This document shows positions 41,601 through 56,600 of a stretch of 64,000 bases of DNA, piece after piece. The DNA lies in the NCBI GenBank assembly GCA_964016885.1, contig OZ024740.1:391716001-391780000 (forward strand), written 5' to 3'. A program made the translations under genes and the position numbers. Under the pieces are notes generated by a model. The model worked only from the letters and a program-made list of their open reading frames with translations, did not search any database and had not been told where the DNA came from. The first letter of the stretch is position 1; every line of letters begins with the position of its first letter. The stretch is from Eledone cirrhosa (Eukaryota).

Positions 41601-44600
41601 ACCAGCATTGTTTGGAATGGTATTGGCACCAGCATTGTTTGGAGTGATATTGGCACCAGCATTGTTTGGAGTAGTATTGACACCAGCATTGTTTGGGATG
41701 GTATTGGCACCAGCATTCTTTGGAATGGTATTGGCACGAGCTTTGTTTGGAATGGTATTGGCACCAGCATTGTTTGGAATGGTATTGACACCAGCATTGT
41801 TTGGGATGGTATTGGCACCAGCATTGTTTGGAATGGTATTGGCACCAGCATTGTTTGGAGTAGTATTGGCACCAGCATTGTATGGAATGGTATTGGCACC
41901 AGCATTGTCTGTAATAGTATTGGCACCAGCATTGTTTGGAGTGGTATTGGCACCAGCATTGTTTGGAATGGTATTGGCACCAGCATTGTTTGGAGAGGTA
42001 TTGGCACCAGCATTGTTTGGAATGGTATTGGCACCAGCATTGTTTGGAGAGGTATTGGCACCAGCATTGTTTGGAATGGTATTGGCACGAGCATTGTTTG
42101 GAATGGTATTGGCACCAGCATTGTTTGGAGAGGTATTGGCACCAGCATTGCTTGGAGTGGTATTGGCACCAGCATTGTTTGGAATGGTATTGGCACCAGC
42201 ATTGTTTGGAATGGTATTGGCACGAGCATTGTTTGGAATGGTATTGGCACGAGCATTGTTTGGAATGGTATTGACACCAGCAGTGTTTGGAGTGGTATTG
42301 TGGTATTGGCACCAGCATTGTTTGGAATGGTATTGGCACCAACATTTTTTGGAATGGTATTGGCACTAGCATTGTTTGGAATGGTATTTGCAACCAGCAT
42401 TGTTTGGAATGGTATTGGCACCAGCATTGTTTGGAGTGGTATTGGCACCAGCATTGTTTGGAAGGGTATTGGCACCAGCATTGTTTGAAGTGGTATTGGC
42501 ACCAGCATTGTTTGGAATGGTATTGGTACCAGCATTGTTTGTAATGGTATTGGCACCAGCATTGTTTGGAATCGTGTTGGCACAAGCATTGTTTGGAATG
42601 GTATTGGTACGAGCATTGTTTGGAATGGTATTGGCACCAGCATTGTTTGGAATGGTGTTGGCACCAGCATTGTTTGTAATGGTATTGGCACCAGCATTGT
42701 TTGGAATCGTGTTGGCACAAGCATTGTTTGGAATGGTATTGGCACGAGCTTTGTTTGGAATGGTATTGGCACCAGCATTGTTTGGAATGGTATTGACACC
42801 AGCATTGTTTGGGATGGTATTGGCACCAGCATTGTTTGGAATGGTATTGGCACCAGCATTGTATGGAATGGTATTGGCACCAGCATTGTTTGTATTAGTA
42901 TTGGCACCAGCATTGTTTGGAGTGGTATTGGCACCAGCATTGTTTGGAATGGTATTGGCACCAGCATTGTTTGGAGAGGTATTGGCACCAGCATTGTTTG
43001 GAATGGTATTGGCACCAGCATTGTTTGGAGAGGTATTGGCACCAGCATTGTTTGGAATGGTATTGGCACGAGCATTGTTTGGAATGGTATTGGCACCAGC
43101 ATTGTTTGGAGAGGTATTGGCACCAGCATTGCTTGGAGTGGTATTGGCACCAACATTGTTTGGAATGGTATTGGCACGAACATTGTTTGGAATGGTATTG
43201 GCACGAGCATTGTTTGGAATGGTATTGGCACGAGCATTGTTTGGAATGGTATTGGCACGAGCATTGTTTGGAATGGTATTGACACCAGCATTGTTTGGAA
43301 TGGTATTGGCACCAACATTTTTTGGAATGGTATTGGCACTAGCATTGTTTGGAATGGTATTTGCAACCAGCATTGTTTGGAGTGGTATTTGCACCAGCAT
43401 TGTTTGGAATGGTATTGGTACCAGCATTGTTTGGAGAGGTATTGGCACCAGCATTGTTTGGAGTGGTATTGGCACCAGCATTGTTTGGAGAGGTATTGGC
43501 ACCAGCATTGTTTGGAGTGGTATTGGCACCAGCATTGTTTAGAATGGTATTGGCACCAGGATTGTTTGGAATGGTATTGGCACCAGAATTCTTTGGAATG
43601 GTATTGACACTATCATTGTTTGGAATGGTATTGGCACCAGCATTGTTTGGAATGGTATTGGCACCAGCATTGTTTGGAGTGGTATTGGCACCAGCATTGT
43701 TTGGAATGGTATTGGCACCAGCATTGTTTGGAGTGGTATTGGCACCAGCATTGTTCTGAATGGTATTGGCACCAGTATTGTTTGGAGTGTTATTGGCACC
43801 AGCATTGTTTGGAATGGTATTGGCACCAGCATTATTTGTAGTGTTATTGGTACCACCATTGTTTGGAATGGTATTGGCACCAGAATCGTTTGGAATGGTA
43901 TTGGCACCAGCATTGTTTGGAGTGGTATTGGCACCAGCATTGTTTGGAATGGTATTGGCACCAGCATTGTTTGGAATGGTATTGGCACCAGCATTGCTTG
44001 GAATGGTACTGGCACCAGCATTGTTTGGAGTGGTATTGGCCCCAGCATTGTTTGGAGTGGTATTGGCACCAGCATTGTTTGGAATGGTATTGGCACCAGC
44101 ATTGTTTGGAATGGTATTGGCACCAGCATTGTTTGGAATGGTATTGGCACCAGCATTGTTTGGAGTGGTATTGGCACCAGCATTGTTTGGAGTGGTATTG
44201 GTACCAGCATTGTTTGGAATGGTATTGGCACCAGGATTGTTTGGAATGGTATTGGCACCAGCATTGTTTGGAATGGTATTGGCACCAGCATTAATTGGAG
44301 TGGTATTGGTAGCAGCATTGTTTGGAATGGTATTGGCACCTGCATTGTTTGGAATGGTATTGGCACCAGCATTGTTTGTAATGATATTGGCACCAGCATT
44401 GTTTGGAATGGTATTGGCACCAGCATTGTTTCGAATGGTATTGGCACCAGCATTGATTGGAATGGTACTGGCACCAGCATTGTTTGGAGTAGTATTGGCA
44501 CCAGCACTGTTTGGAATGGTATTGGCACCAATATTGTTTGGAATGGTATTGGCACCAGCATTGTTTGCAATGGTATTAGCACCAGCATTGTTTGGAATGG

Positions 44601-47600
44601 TATTGGCACCAGCATTGTTTGTAGTGGTATTGGCACCAGCATTGTTTGGAATGGTATTGGCACCAGCATTGTCTGTAATGGTATTGGCACCAGCATTGAT
44701 TGGAATGGTATTGGCACCAGCATTGTTTGGAATGGTATTGGCACCAGCATTGTTTGGAATTGTAGTTGCACCAGCATTGTTTGGAATAGTATTGGCACCA
44801 GCATTGTTTGGAGTGGTATTGGCACCAGCATTGTTTGGAGTGGTATTGGCACCAGCATTGTTTGGAGTGGTATTGGCACCAGCATTGTTTGGAATGGTAT
44901 TGGCACCAGCATTGTTTGGAATGGTATTGGCACCAGCATTGTTTGGAGTGGTATTGGCACCAGCATTGTTTGGAATGGTATTGGAACCAGCATTGTTTGG
45001 AGTGGTATTGGCACCAGCATTGTTTGGAATGGTATTGGCACCAGCATTGTTTGGAGTGGTATTGGCACCAGCATTGTTTGGAGTGGTATTGGCACCAGCA
45101 TTGTTTGGAATGGTATTGGCACCAGCATTGTTTAGAATGGTATTGGCACCAGCATTGTTTGGAATTGAATTGGCACCAGCATTTCTTTGGAATGATATTG
45201 GCACCAGCATTGTTTGTAATGATATTGGCACCAGCATTGTTTGGAATGGTATTGGCACCAGCATTGTTTGGAATGGTATTGGCACCAGCATTGTTTGGAA
45301 TTGTATTGGCACCAGCATTGTTTGGAATGGTATTGGCACCAGCATTGTTTGGAATGGTATTGACACCGGCATTCTTTGGAATGGTATTGGCACCAGCATT
45401 GTTTGGAATGGTATTGGCACCAGCATTGTTTGGAATGGTATTGGCAGCAGCATTGTTTGGAATGGTATTGGCACCAGCACTGTTTGGAGTGGCATTGGCA
45501 CCAGCATTGTTTGCAATGGTATTGGCACCAGCATTGTTTGGAGTGGTATTGGCAACAGCATTGTTTGGAATGGTATTGGCACCAGCATTGTTTGGAATGG
45601 TATTGGCACCAGCATTGTTTGGAATGGTATTGGCACCAGCATTGTTTGGAATGGTATTGGCACCAGCATTGTTTGGACTGGTATTGGCACCAGCATTGTT
45701 CGGAATGGTATTGGCACCAGTATTGTTTGGAGTGGTATTGGCACCAGCATTGTTTGGAATGGTATTGGCACCAGCATTATTTGTAGTGTTATTGGTACCA
45801 CCATTGTTTGGAATGGTATTGGCACCAGCACTGTTTGGAATGGTATTGGCACCAGAATCGTTTGGAATGGTATTGGCACCAGCATTGTTTGGAGTGGTAT
45901 TGGCAACAGCATTGTTTGGAATGGTATTGGCACCAGCATTGTTTGGAATGGTATTGGCACCAGCATTGTTTGGAATGGTATTGGCACCAGCATTGTTTGG
46001 AATGGTATTGGCACCCGCATTGTTTGGAGTGGTATTGGCACCAGCATTGTTCGGAATGGTATTGGCACCAGTATTGTTTGGAGTGGTATTGGCACCAGCA
46101 TTGTTTGGAATGGTATTGGCACCAGCATTATTTGTAGTGTTATTGGTACCACCATTGTTTGGAATGGTATTGGCACCAGCACTGTTTGGAATGGTATTGG
46201 CACCAGAATCGTTTGGAATGGTATTGGCACCAGCATTGTTTGGAGTGGTATTGGCACCAGCATTGTTTGGAATGGTATTGGCACCAGCATTGTTTGGAAT
46301 GGTATTGGCACCAGCATTACTTGGAATGGTATTGGCACCAGCATTGTTTGGAGTGGTATTGGCCCCAGCATTGTTTGGAATGGTATTGGCACCAGCATTG
46401 TTTGGAATGGTATTGGCACCAGCATTGTTTGGAATGGTATTGGCACCAGCATTGTTTGGAGTGGTATTGGTACCAGCATTGTTTGGAATGGTATTGGCAC
46501 CTGCATTGTTTGGAATGGTATTGGCACCAGCATTGTTTGTAATGGTATTGGCACCAGTATTGTTTGTAATGGTATTGGCACCAGTATTGTTTGGAATGGT
46601 ATTGGCACCAGCATTGTTTGGAATGGTATTGGCACCAGCATTGCTTGGAATGGTATTGGCACCAGCATTGTTTGGAGTGGTATTGGCCCCAGCATTGTTT
46701 GGAATGGTATTGGCACCAGCATTGTTTGGAATGGTATTGGCACCAGCATTGTTTGGAATGGTATTGGCACCAGCATTGTTTGGAGTGGTATTGGTACCAG
46801 CATTGTTTGGAATGGTATTGGCACCTGCATTGTTTGGAATGGTATTGGCACCAGCATTGTTTGTAATGGTATTGGCACCAGTATTGTTTGTAATGGTATT
46901 GGCACCAGTATTGTTTGGAATGGTATTGGCACCAGCATTGTTTGGAATGGTATTGGCACCAGCATTGTTTGGAATGGTATTGGCACCAGCATTGTTTGGA
47001 ATGGTATTGGCACCAGCATTGTTTGGAGTGGTATTGGCACCAGCATTGTTTGGAGTGGTATTGGCACCAGCATTGTTTGGAATGGTATTGGCACCAGCAT
47101 TGTTTGGGGTGGTATTGGCACCAGCATTGTTTGGAATGGTATTGGCACCAGCATTGTTTGTAATGATATTGGCACCAGCATTGTTTGGAATGTTATTGGC
47201 ACCAGCATTGTTTGGAATGGTATTGGCACCAGCATTGTTTGGGGTGGTATTGGCACCAGCATTGTTTGGAATGGTATTGGCACCAGCATTGTTTGGAATG
47301 GTATTGGCACCAGCACTGTTTGGAGTGGTACTGGCACCAGCATTGTTTGTAATAGTATTGGCACCAGTATTGTTTGGAGTGGGATTGGCACCAGCATTGT
47401 TTGCAATGGTATTGGCACCAGCATTGTTTGGAGTGGTATTGGCACCAGCATTGTTTGGAATGGTATTGGCACCAGCATTGTTTGGAATGGTATTGGCACC
47501 AGCATTGTTTGGAATGGTATTGGCACCAGCATTGTTTGGAGTGGTATTGGCACCAGCATTGTTCGGAATGGTATTGGCACCAGTATTATTTGGAGTGTTA

Positions 47601-50600
47601 TTGGCACCAGCATTGTTTGGAATGGTATTGGCACCAGCATTATTTGTAGTGTTATTGGTACCACCTCTGTTTGGAATGGTATTGGCACCAGCATTGTTTG
47701 GAATGGTATTGGCACCAGAATCGTTTGGAATGGTATTGGCACCAGCATTGTTTGGAGTGGTATTGGCACCAGCATTGTTTGGAATGGTATTGGCACCAGC
47801 ATTGTTTGGAATGGTATTGGCACCAGCATTGCTTGGAATGGTACTGGCACCAGCATTGTTTGGAGTGGTATTGGCCCCAGCATTGTTTGTAGTGGTATTG
47901 GCACCAGCATTGTTTGGAATGGTATTGGCACCAGCATTGTTTGGAATGGTATTGGCACCAGCATTGTTTGGAATGGTATTGGCACCAGCATTGTTTGGAG
48001 TGGTATTGGCACCAGCATTGTTTGGAGTGGTATTGGTACCAGCATTGTTTGGAATGGTATTGGCACCAGGATTGTTTGGAATGGTATTGGCACCAGCATT
48101 GTTTGGAATGGTATTGGCACCAGCATTAATTGGAGTGGTATTGGTAGCAGCATTGTTTGGAATGGTATTGGCACCTGCATTGTTTGGAATGGTATTGGCA
48201 CCAGCATTGTTTGTAATGGTATTGGCACCAGCATTGTTTGGAATGGTATTGGCACCAGCATTGTTTCGAATGGTATTGGCACCAGCACTGTTTGGAATGG
48301 TATTGGCACCAATATTGTTTGGAGTGGTATTAGCACCAGCATTGTTTGGAATGGTATTGGCACCAGCATTGTTTGTAGTGGTATAGGCACCAGCATTGTT
48401 TGGAATGGTATTGGCACCAGCATTGTTTGGAATGGTATTGGCACCAGCATTGTTTGGAATGGTATTGGCACTAGCATTGTTTGGAGTGGTATTGGCACCA
48501 GCATTGTTTGGAGTGGTATTGGCACCAGCATTGTTTGGAATGGTATTGGCACCAGCATTGTTTGGAGTGGTATTGGAACCAGCATTGTTTGGAATGGTAT
48601 TGGCACCAGCATTGTTTGGAATGGTATTGGCACCAGCATTGTTTGGAATTGTATTGGCACCAGCATTGTTTGGAATGGTATTGGCACCAGCATTGTTTGG
48701 CGTGGTATTGGCACCAGCATTGTTTGTAATGGTATTGGCACCAGAATTGTTTGGAATGGTATTGGCACCAACATTGTTTGGAGTGGTATTGGCACCAGCA
48801 TTGTTTGGAGTGGTATTGGCACTAGCATTGTTTGGAATGGTATTGGCACCAGCATTGTTTGGAATGGTATTGGCACCAGCATTGTTTGTAATGATATTGG
48901 CACCAGCATTGTTTGGAATGGTATTGGCACCAGCATTGTTTCGAATGGTATTGGCACCAGCATTGATTGGAATGGTACTGGCACCAGCATTGTTTGGAGT
49001 AGTATTGGCACCAGCACTGTTTGGAATGGTATTGGCACCAACATTGTTTGGAGTGGTATTAGCACCAGCATTGTTTGGAATGGTATTGGCACCAGCATTG
49101 TTTGTAGTGGTATTGGCACCAGCATTGTTTGGAATGGTATTGGCACCAGCATTGTTTGTAATGGTATTGGCACCAGCATTGATTGGAATGGTATTGGCAC
49201 CAGCATTGTTTGGAATGGTATTGGCACCAGCATTGTTTGGAATTGTAGTTGCACCAGCATTGTTTGGAATGGTATTGGCACCAGCATTGTTTGGAGTGGT
49301 ATTGGCACCAGCATTGTTTGGAGTGGTATTGGCACCAGCATTGTTTGGAATGGTATTGGCACCAGCATTGTTTGTAATGATATTGGCACCAGCATTGTTT
49401 GGAATGTTATTGGCACCAGCATTGTTTGGAATGGTATTGGCACCAGCATTGTTTGGGGTGGTATTGGCACCAGCATTGTTTGGAATGGTATTGGCACCAG
49501 CATTGTTTGGAATGGTATTGGCACCAGCACTGTTTGGAGTGGTACTGGCACCAGCATTGTTTGTAATAGTATTGGCACCAGTATTGTTTGGAGTGGGATT
49601 GGCACCAGCATTGTTTGCAATGGTATTGGCACCAGCATTGTTTGGAGTGGTATTGGCACCAGCATTGTTTGGAATGGTATTGGCACCAGCATTGTTTGGA
49701 ATGGTATTGGCACCAGCATTGTTTGGAATGGTATTGGCACCAGCATTGTTTGGAGTGGTATTGGCACCAGCATTGTTCGGAATGGTATTGGCACCAGTAT
49801 TATTTGGAGTGTTATTGGCACCAGCATTGTTTGGAATGGTATTGGCACCAGCATTATTTGTAGTGTTATTGGTACCACCTCTGTTTGGAATGGTATTGGC
49901 ACCAGCATTGTTTGGAATGGTATTGGCACCAGAATCGTTTGGAATGGTATTGGCACCAGCATTGTTTGGAGTGGTATTGGCACCAGCATTGTTTGGAATG
50001 GTATTGGCACCAGCATTGTTTGGAATGGTATTGGCACCAGCATTGCTTGGAATGGTACTGGCACCAGCATTGTTTGGAGTGGTATTGGCCCCAGCATTGT
50101 TTGTAGTGGTATTGGCACCAGCATTGTTTGGAATGGTATTGGCACCAGCATTGTTTGGAATGGTATTGGCACCAGCATTGTTTGGAATGGTATTGGCACC
50201 AGCATTGTTTGGAGTGGTATTGGCAACAGCATTGTTTGGAGTGGTATTGGTACCAGCATTGTTTGGAATGGTATTGGCACCAGGATTGTTTGGAATGGTA
50301 TTGGCACCAGCATTGTTTGGAATGGTATTGGCACCAGCATTAATTGGAGTGGTATTGGTAGCAGCATTGTTTGGAATGGTATTGGCACCTGCATTGTTTG
50401 GAATGGTATTGGCACCAGCATTGTTTGTAATGGTATTGGCACCAGCATTGTTTGGAATGGTATTGGCACCAGCATTGTTTCGAATGGTATTGGCACCAGC
50501 ACTGTTTGGAATGGTATTGGCACCAATATTGTTTGGAGTGGTATTAGCACCAGCATTGTTTGGAATGGTATTGGCACCAGCATTGTTTGTAGTGGTATAG

Positions 50601-53600
50601 GCACCAGCATTGTTTGGAATGGTATTGGCACCAGCATTGTTTGGAATGGTATTGGCACCAGCATTGTTTGGAATGGTATTGGCACTAGCATTGTTTGGAG
50701 TGGTATTGGCACCAGCATTGTTTGGAGTGGTATTGGCACCAGCATTGTTTGGAATGGTATTGGCACCAGCATTGTTTGGAGTGGTATTGGAACCAGCATT
50801 GTTTGGAATGGTATTGGCACCAGCATTGTTTGGAATGGTATTGGCACCAGCATTGTTTGGAATTGTATTGGCACCAGCATTGTTTGGAATGGTATTGGCA
50901 CCAGCATTGTTTGGCGTGGTATTGGCACCAGCATTGTTTGTAATGGTATTGGCACCAGAATTGTTTGGAATGGTATTGGCACCAACATTGTTTGGAGTGG
51001 TATTGGCACCAGCATTGTTTGGAGTGGTATTGGCACTAGCATTGTTTGGAATGGTATTGGCACCAGCATTGTTTGGAATGGTATTGGCACCAGCATTGTT
51101 TGTAATGATATTGGCACCAGCATTGTTTGGAATGGTATTGGCACCAGCATTGTTTCGAATGGTATTGGCACCAGCATTGATTGGAATGGTACTGGCACCA
51201 GCATTGTTTGGAGTAGTATTGGCACCAGCACTGTTTGGAATGGTATTGGCACCAATATTGTTTGGAGTGGTATTAGCACCAGCATTGTTTGGAATGGTAT
51301 TGGCACCAGCATTGTTTGTAGTGGTATTGGCACCAGCATTGTTTGGAATGGTATTGGCACCAGCATTGTTTGTAATGGTATTGGCACCAGCATTGATTGG
51401 AATGGTATTGGCACCAGCATTGTTTGGAATGGTATTGGCACCAGCATTGTTTGGAATTGTAGTTGCACCAGCATTGTTTGGAATGGTATTGGCACCAGCA
51501 TTGTTTGGAGTGGTATTGGCACCAGCATTGTTTGGAGTGGTATTGGCACCAGCATTGTTTGGAGTGGTATTGGCACCAGCATAGTTTGGAATGGTATTGG
51601 CACCAGCATTGTTTGGAATGGTATTGTTACCAGCATTGTTTGGAGTGGTATTGGCACCAGCATTGTTTGGAATGGTATTGGAACCAGCATTGTTTGGAGT
51701 GGTATTGGCACCAGCATTGTTTGGAATGGTATTGGCACCAGCATTGTTTGGAGTGGTATTGGCACCAGCATTGTTTGGAGTGGTATTGGCACCAGCATTG
51801 TTTGGAATGGTATTGGCACCAGCATTGTTTAGAATGGTATTGGCACCAGCATTGTTTGGAATTGTATTGGCACCAGCATTTCTTTGGAATGGTATTGGCA
51901 CCAGCATTGTTTGTAATGATATTGGCACCAGCATTGTTTGGAATGGTATTGGCACCAGCATTGTTTGGAATGGTATTGGCACCAGCATTGTTTGGAATTG
52001 TATTGGCACCAGCATTGTTTGGAATGGTATTGGCACCAGCATTGTTTGGAATGGTATTGACACCGGCATTCTTTGGAATGGTATTGGCACCAGCATTGTT
52101 TGGAATGGTATTGGCACCAGCATTGTTTGGAATGGTATTGGCAGCAGCATTGTTTGGAATGGTATTGGCACCAGCACTGTTTGGAGTGGTACTGGCACCA
52201 GCATTGTTTGTAATAGTATTGACACCAGTATTGTTTGGAGTGGTATTGGCACCAGCATTGTTTGCAATGGTATTGGCACCAGCATTGTTTGGAGTGGTAT
52301 TGGCAACAGCATTGTTTGGAATGGTATTGGCACCAGCATTGTTTGGAATGGTATTGGCACCAGCATTGTTTGGAATGGTATTGGCACCAGCATTGTTTGG
52401 AGTGGTATTGGCACCAGCATTGTTCGGAATGGTATTGGCACCAGTATTGTTTGGAGTGGTATTGGCACCAGCATTGTTTGGAATGGTATTGGCACCAGCA
52501 TTATTTGTAGTGTTATTGGTACCACCATTGTTTGGAATGGTATTGGCACCGGCATTGTTTGGAAAGGTATTGGCACCAGCACTGTTTGGAATGGTATTGG
52601 CACCAGAATCGTTTGGAATGGTATTGGCACCAGCATTGTTTGGAGTGGTATTGGCACCAGCATTGTTTGGAATGGTATTGGCACCAGCATTGTTTGGAAT
52701 GGTATTGGCACCAGCATTGCTTGGAATGGTATTGGCACCAGCATTGTTTGGAGTGGTATTGGCCCCAGCATTGTTTGGAATGGTATTGGCACCAGCATTG
52801 TTTGGAATGGTATTGGCACCAGCATTGTTTGGAATGGTATTGGCACCAGCATTGTTTGGAGTGATATTGGTACCAGCATTGTTTGGAATGGTATTGGCAC
52901 CTGCATTGTTTGGAATGGTATTGGCACCAGCATTGTTTGGAATGGTATTGGCACCAGCATTGTTTGGAATGGTATTGGCACCAGCATTGTTTGGAATGGT
53001 ATTGGCACCAGCGTTGTTTGGAGTGCTATTGGCACCAGCATTGTTTGGAGTGATATTGGCACCAGCATTGTTTGGAATGGTATTGGCACCAGCATTGTTT
53101 GGGGTGATATTGGCACCAGCATTGTTTGGAATGGTATTGGCACCAGCATTGTTTGGAATGGTATTGGCACCAGCACTGTTTGGAGTGGTACTGGCACCAG
53201 CATTGTTTGTAATAGTATTGGCACCAGTATTGTTTGGAGTGGGATTGGCACCAGCATTGTTTGCAATGGTATTGGCACCAGCATTGTTTGGAGTGGTATT
53301 GGCACCAGCATTGTTTGGAATGGTATTGGCACCAGCATTGTTTGGAATGGTATTGGCACCAGCATTGTTTGGAATGGTATTGGCACCAGCATTGTTTGGA
53401 GTGGTATTGGCACCAGCATTGTTCGGAATGGTATTGGCACCAGTATTATTTGGAGTGTTATTGGCACCAGCATTGTTTGGAATGGTATTGGCACCAGCAT
53501 TATTTGTAGTGTTATTGGTACCACCATTGTTTGGAATGGTATTGGCACCAGCATTGTTTGGAATGGTATTGGCACCAGAATCGTTTGGAATGGTATTGGC

Positions 53601-56600
53601 ACCAGCATTGTTTGGAGTGGTATTGGCACCAGCATTGTTTGGAATGGTATTGGCACCAGCATTGTTTGGAATGGTATTGGCACCAGCATTGCTTGGAATG
53701 GTACTGGCACCAGCATTGTTTGGAGTGGTATTGGCCCCAGCATTGTTTGGAGTGGTATTGGCACCAGCATTATTTGTAGTGTTATTGGTACCACCATTGT
53801 TTGGAATGGTATTGGCACCAGCATTGTTTGGAATGGTATTGGCATCAGCACTGTTTGGAATGGTATTGGCACCAGAATCGTTTGGAATGGTATTGGCATC
53901 AGCATTGTTTGGAGTGGTATTGGCACCAGCATTGTTTGGAATGGTATTGGCACCAGTATTGTTTGGAATGGTATTGGCACCAGCATTGCTTGGAATGGTA
54001 TTGGCACCAGCATTGCTTGGAGTGGTATTGGCCCCAGCATTGTTTGGAATGGTATTGGTACCAGATTGTTTGGAATGGTATTGGCACCAGCATTGTTTGG
54101 AATGGTATTGGCACCAGCATTGTTTGGAGTGGTATTGGTACCAGCATTGTTTGGAATGGTATTGGCACCTGCATTGTTTGGAATGGTATTGGCACCAGCA
54201 TTGTTTGTAATGGTATTGGCACCAGTATTGTTTGGAATGGTATTGGCACCAGCATTGTTTGGAATGGTATTGGCACCAGCATTGTTTGGAATGGTATTGG
54301 CACCAGCATTGTTTGGAATGGTATTGGCACCAGCATTGTTTGGAATGGTATTGGCACCAGCATTGTTTGGAGTGGTATTGGCACCAGCATTGTTTGGAAT
54401 GGTATTGGCACCAGCATTGTTGGGAATGGTATTGGCACCAGCATTGTTTGGAGTGGTATTCGCACCAGCATTGTTTGGAGTGGTATTGGCACCAGCATTG
54501 TTTGGAATGGTATTGGCACCAGCATTGTTTGGAATTGTATTGGCACCAGCATTTTTTGGAATGATATTGGTACCAGCATTGTTTGTAATGGTATTGGCAC
54601 CAGCATTGTTTGGAATGGTATTGGCACCAGCATTGTTTGGAATGGTATTGACACCAGCATTGTTTGGAGTGGTATTGGCACCAGCATTGTTTGGAATGGT
54701 ATTGGCACCAGCATTGTTTGGAATGGTATTGGCACCAGCACTGTTTGGAGTGGTACTGGCACCAGCATTGTTTGTAATAGTATTGGCACCAGTATTGTTT
54801 GGAATGGTATTGGCACCAGCATTGTTTGTAATGGTATTGGCACCAGCATTGTTTGGAGTTGTATTGGCACCAGCATTGTTCGGAATGGTATTGGCACCAG
54901 TATTGTTTGGAGTGGTATTGGCACCAGTATTGTTTGGAATGGTATTGGCACCAGCATTATTTGTAGTGTTATTGGTACCACCATTGTTTGGAATGGTATT
55001 GGCACCAGCACTGTTTGGAGTGGTACTGGCACCAGCATTGTTTGGAATGGTATTGGCACCAGAATCGTTTAGAATGGTATTGGCACCAGCATTGTTTGGA
55101 GTGGTATTGGCACCAGCATTGTTTGGAATGGTATTGGCACCAGCATTGTTTGGAATGGTATTGGCACCAGCATTGCTTGGAATGGTACTGGCACCAGCAT
55201 TGTTTGGAGTGCTATTGGCCCCAGCATTGTTTGGAGTGGTATTGGCACTAGCATTGTTTGGAGTGGTATTGGCACCAGCATTGTTTGGAGTGGTATTGGC
55301 ACCAGCATTGTTTGGAATGGTATTGGCACCAGCATTGTTTGGAGTGGTATTGGAACCAGCATTGTTTGGAATGGTATTGGCACCAGCATTGTTTGGAATG
55401 GTATTGGCACCAGCATTGTTTGGAATTGTATTGGCACCAGCATTGTTTGGAATGGTATTGGCACCAGCATTGTTTGGCGTGGTATTGGCACCAGCATTGT
55501 TTGGAATGGTATTGGCACCAGCATTGTTTGGAATGGTATTGGCACCAACATTGTTTGGAGTGGTATTGGCACCAGCATTGTTTGGAGTGGTATTGGCACT
55601 AGCATTGTTTGGAATGGTATTGGCACCAGCATTGTTTGAAGTGGTATTGGCACCAGCATTGTTTGGAATGGTATTGGCACTAGCATTGTTTGGAATGGTA
55701 TAGGTACCAGCATTGTTTGCAATGGTATTGGCACCAGCATTGTTTGGAATAGTATTGGCACCAGCATTGTTTGGAATGGTATTGGCACCAGCATTGTTTG
55801 GAGTGGTATTGGCACGAGCATTGTTTGGAATCGTATTGGCACGAGCATTGTTTGGAATGGTATTGGCACCAGCATTGTTTGTAATGGTATTGGCACCAGC
55901 ATTGATTGGAATGGTATTGGCACCAGCATTGTTTGGAATGGTATTGGCACCAGCATTGTTTGGAAGGGTATTGGCACCAGCATTGTTTGGAATGGTATTG
56001 GCACCAGCATTGTTTGGAGTGATATTGGCACCAGCATTGTTTGGAGTGGTATTGGCACCAGCATTGTTTGGAGTGGTATTGGCACCAGCATTGTTTGGAA
56101 TGGTATTGGCACCAGCATTGTTTGGAATGGTATTGGCACCAGCATTGTTTGGACTGGTATTGGCACCAGCATTGTTTGGAATGGTATTGGCACCAGCATT
56201 GTTTGGAGTTGTATTGGCACCAGCATTGTTTGGAATGGTATTGGCACCAGCATTGTTTGGAGTGCTATTGGCACCAGCATTGTTTGGAGTGGTATTGGCA
56301 CCAGCATTGTTTGGAATGGTATTGGCACCAGCATTGTTTGGAATGGTATTGGCACTAGCATTGTTTGGAATTGTATTGGCACCAGCATTTTTTTGGAATG
56401 GTATTGGCACCAGCATTGTTTGTAATGATATTAGCACCAGCATTGTTTGGAATGGTATTGGCACCAGCATTGTTTGGAATGGTATTGGCACCAGCATTGT
56501 TTGGAGTGGTATTGGCACAAGCATTGTTTGGAATGGTATTGGCACCAGCATTGTTTGGAATGGTATTGGCACCTGCATTGTTTGGAATGGTATTGGCACC

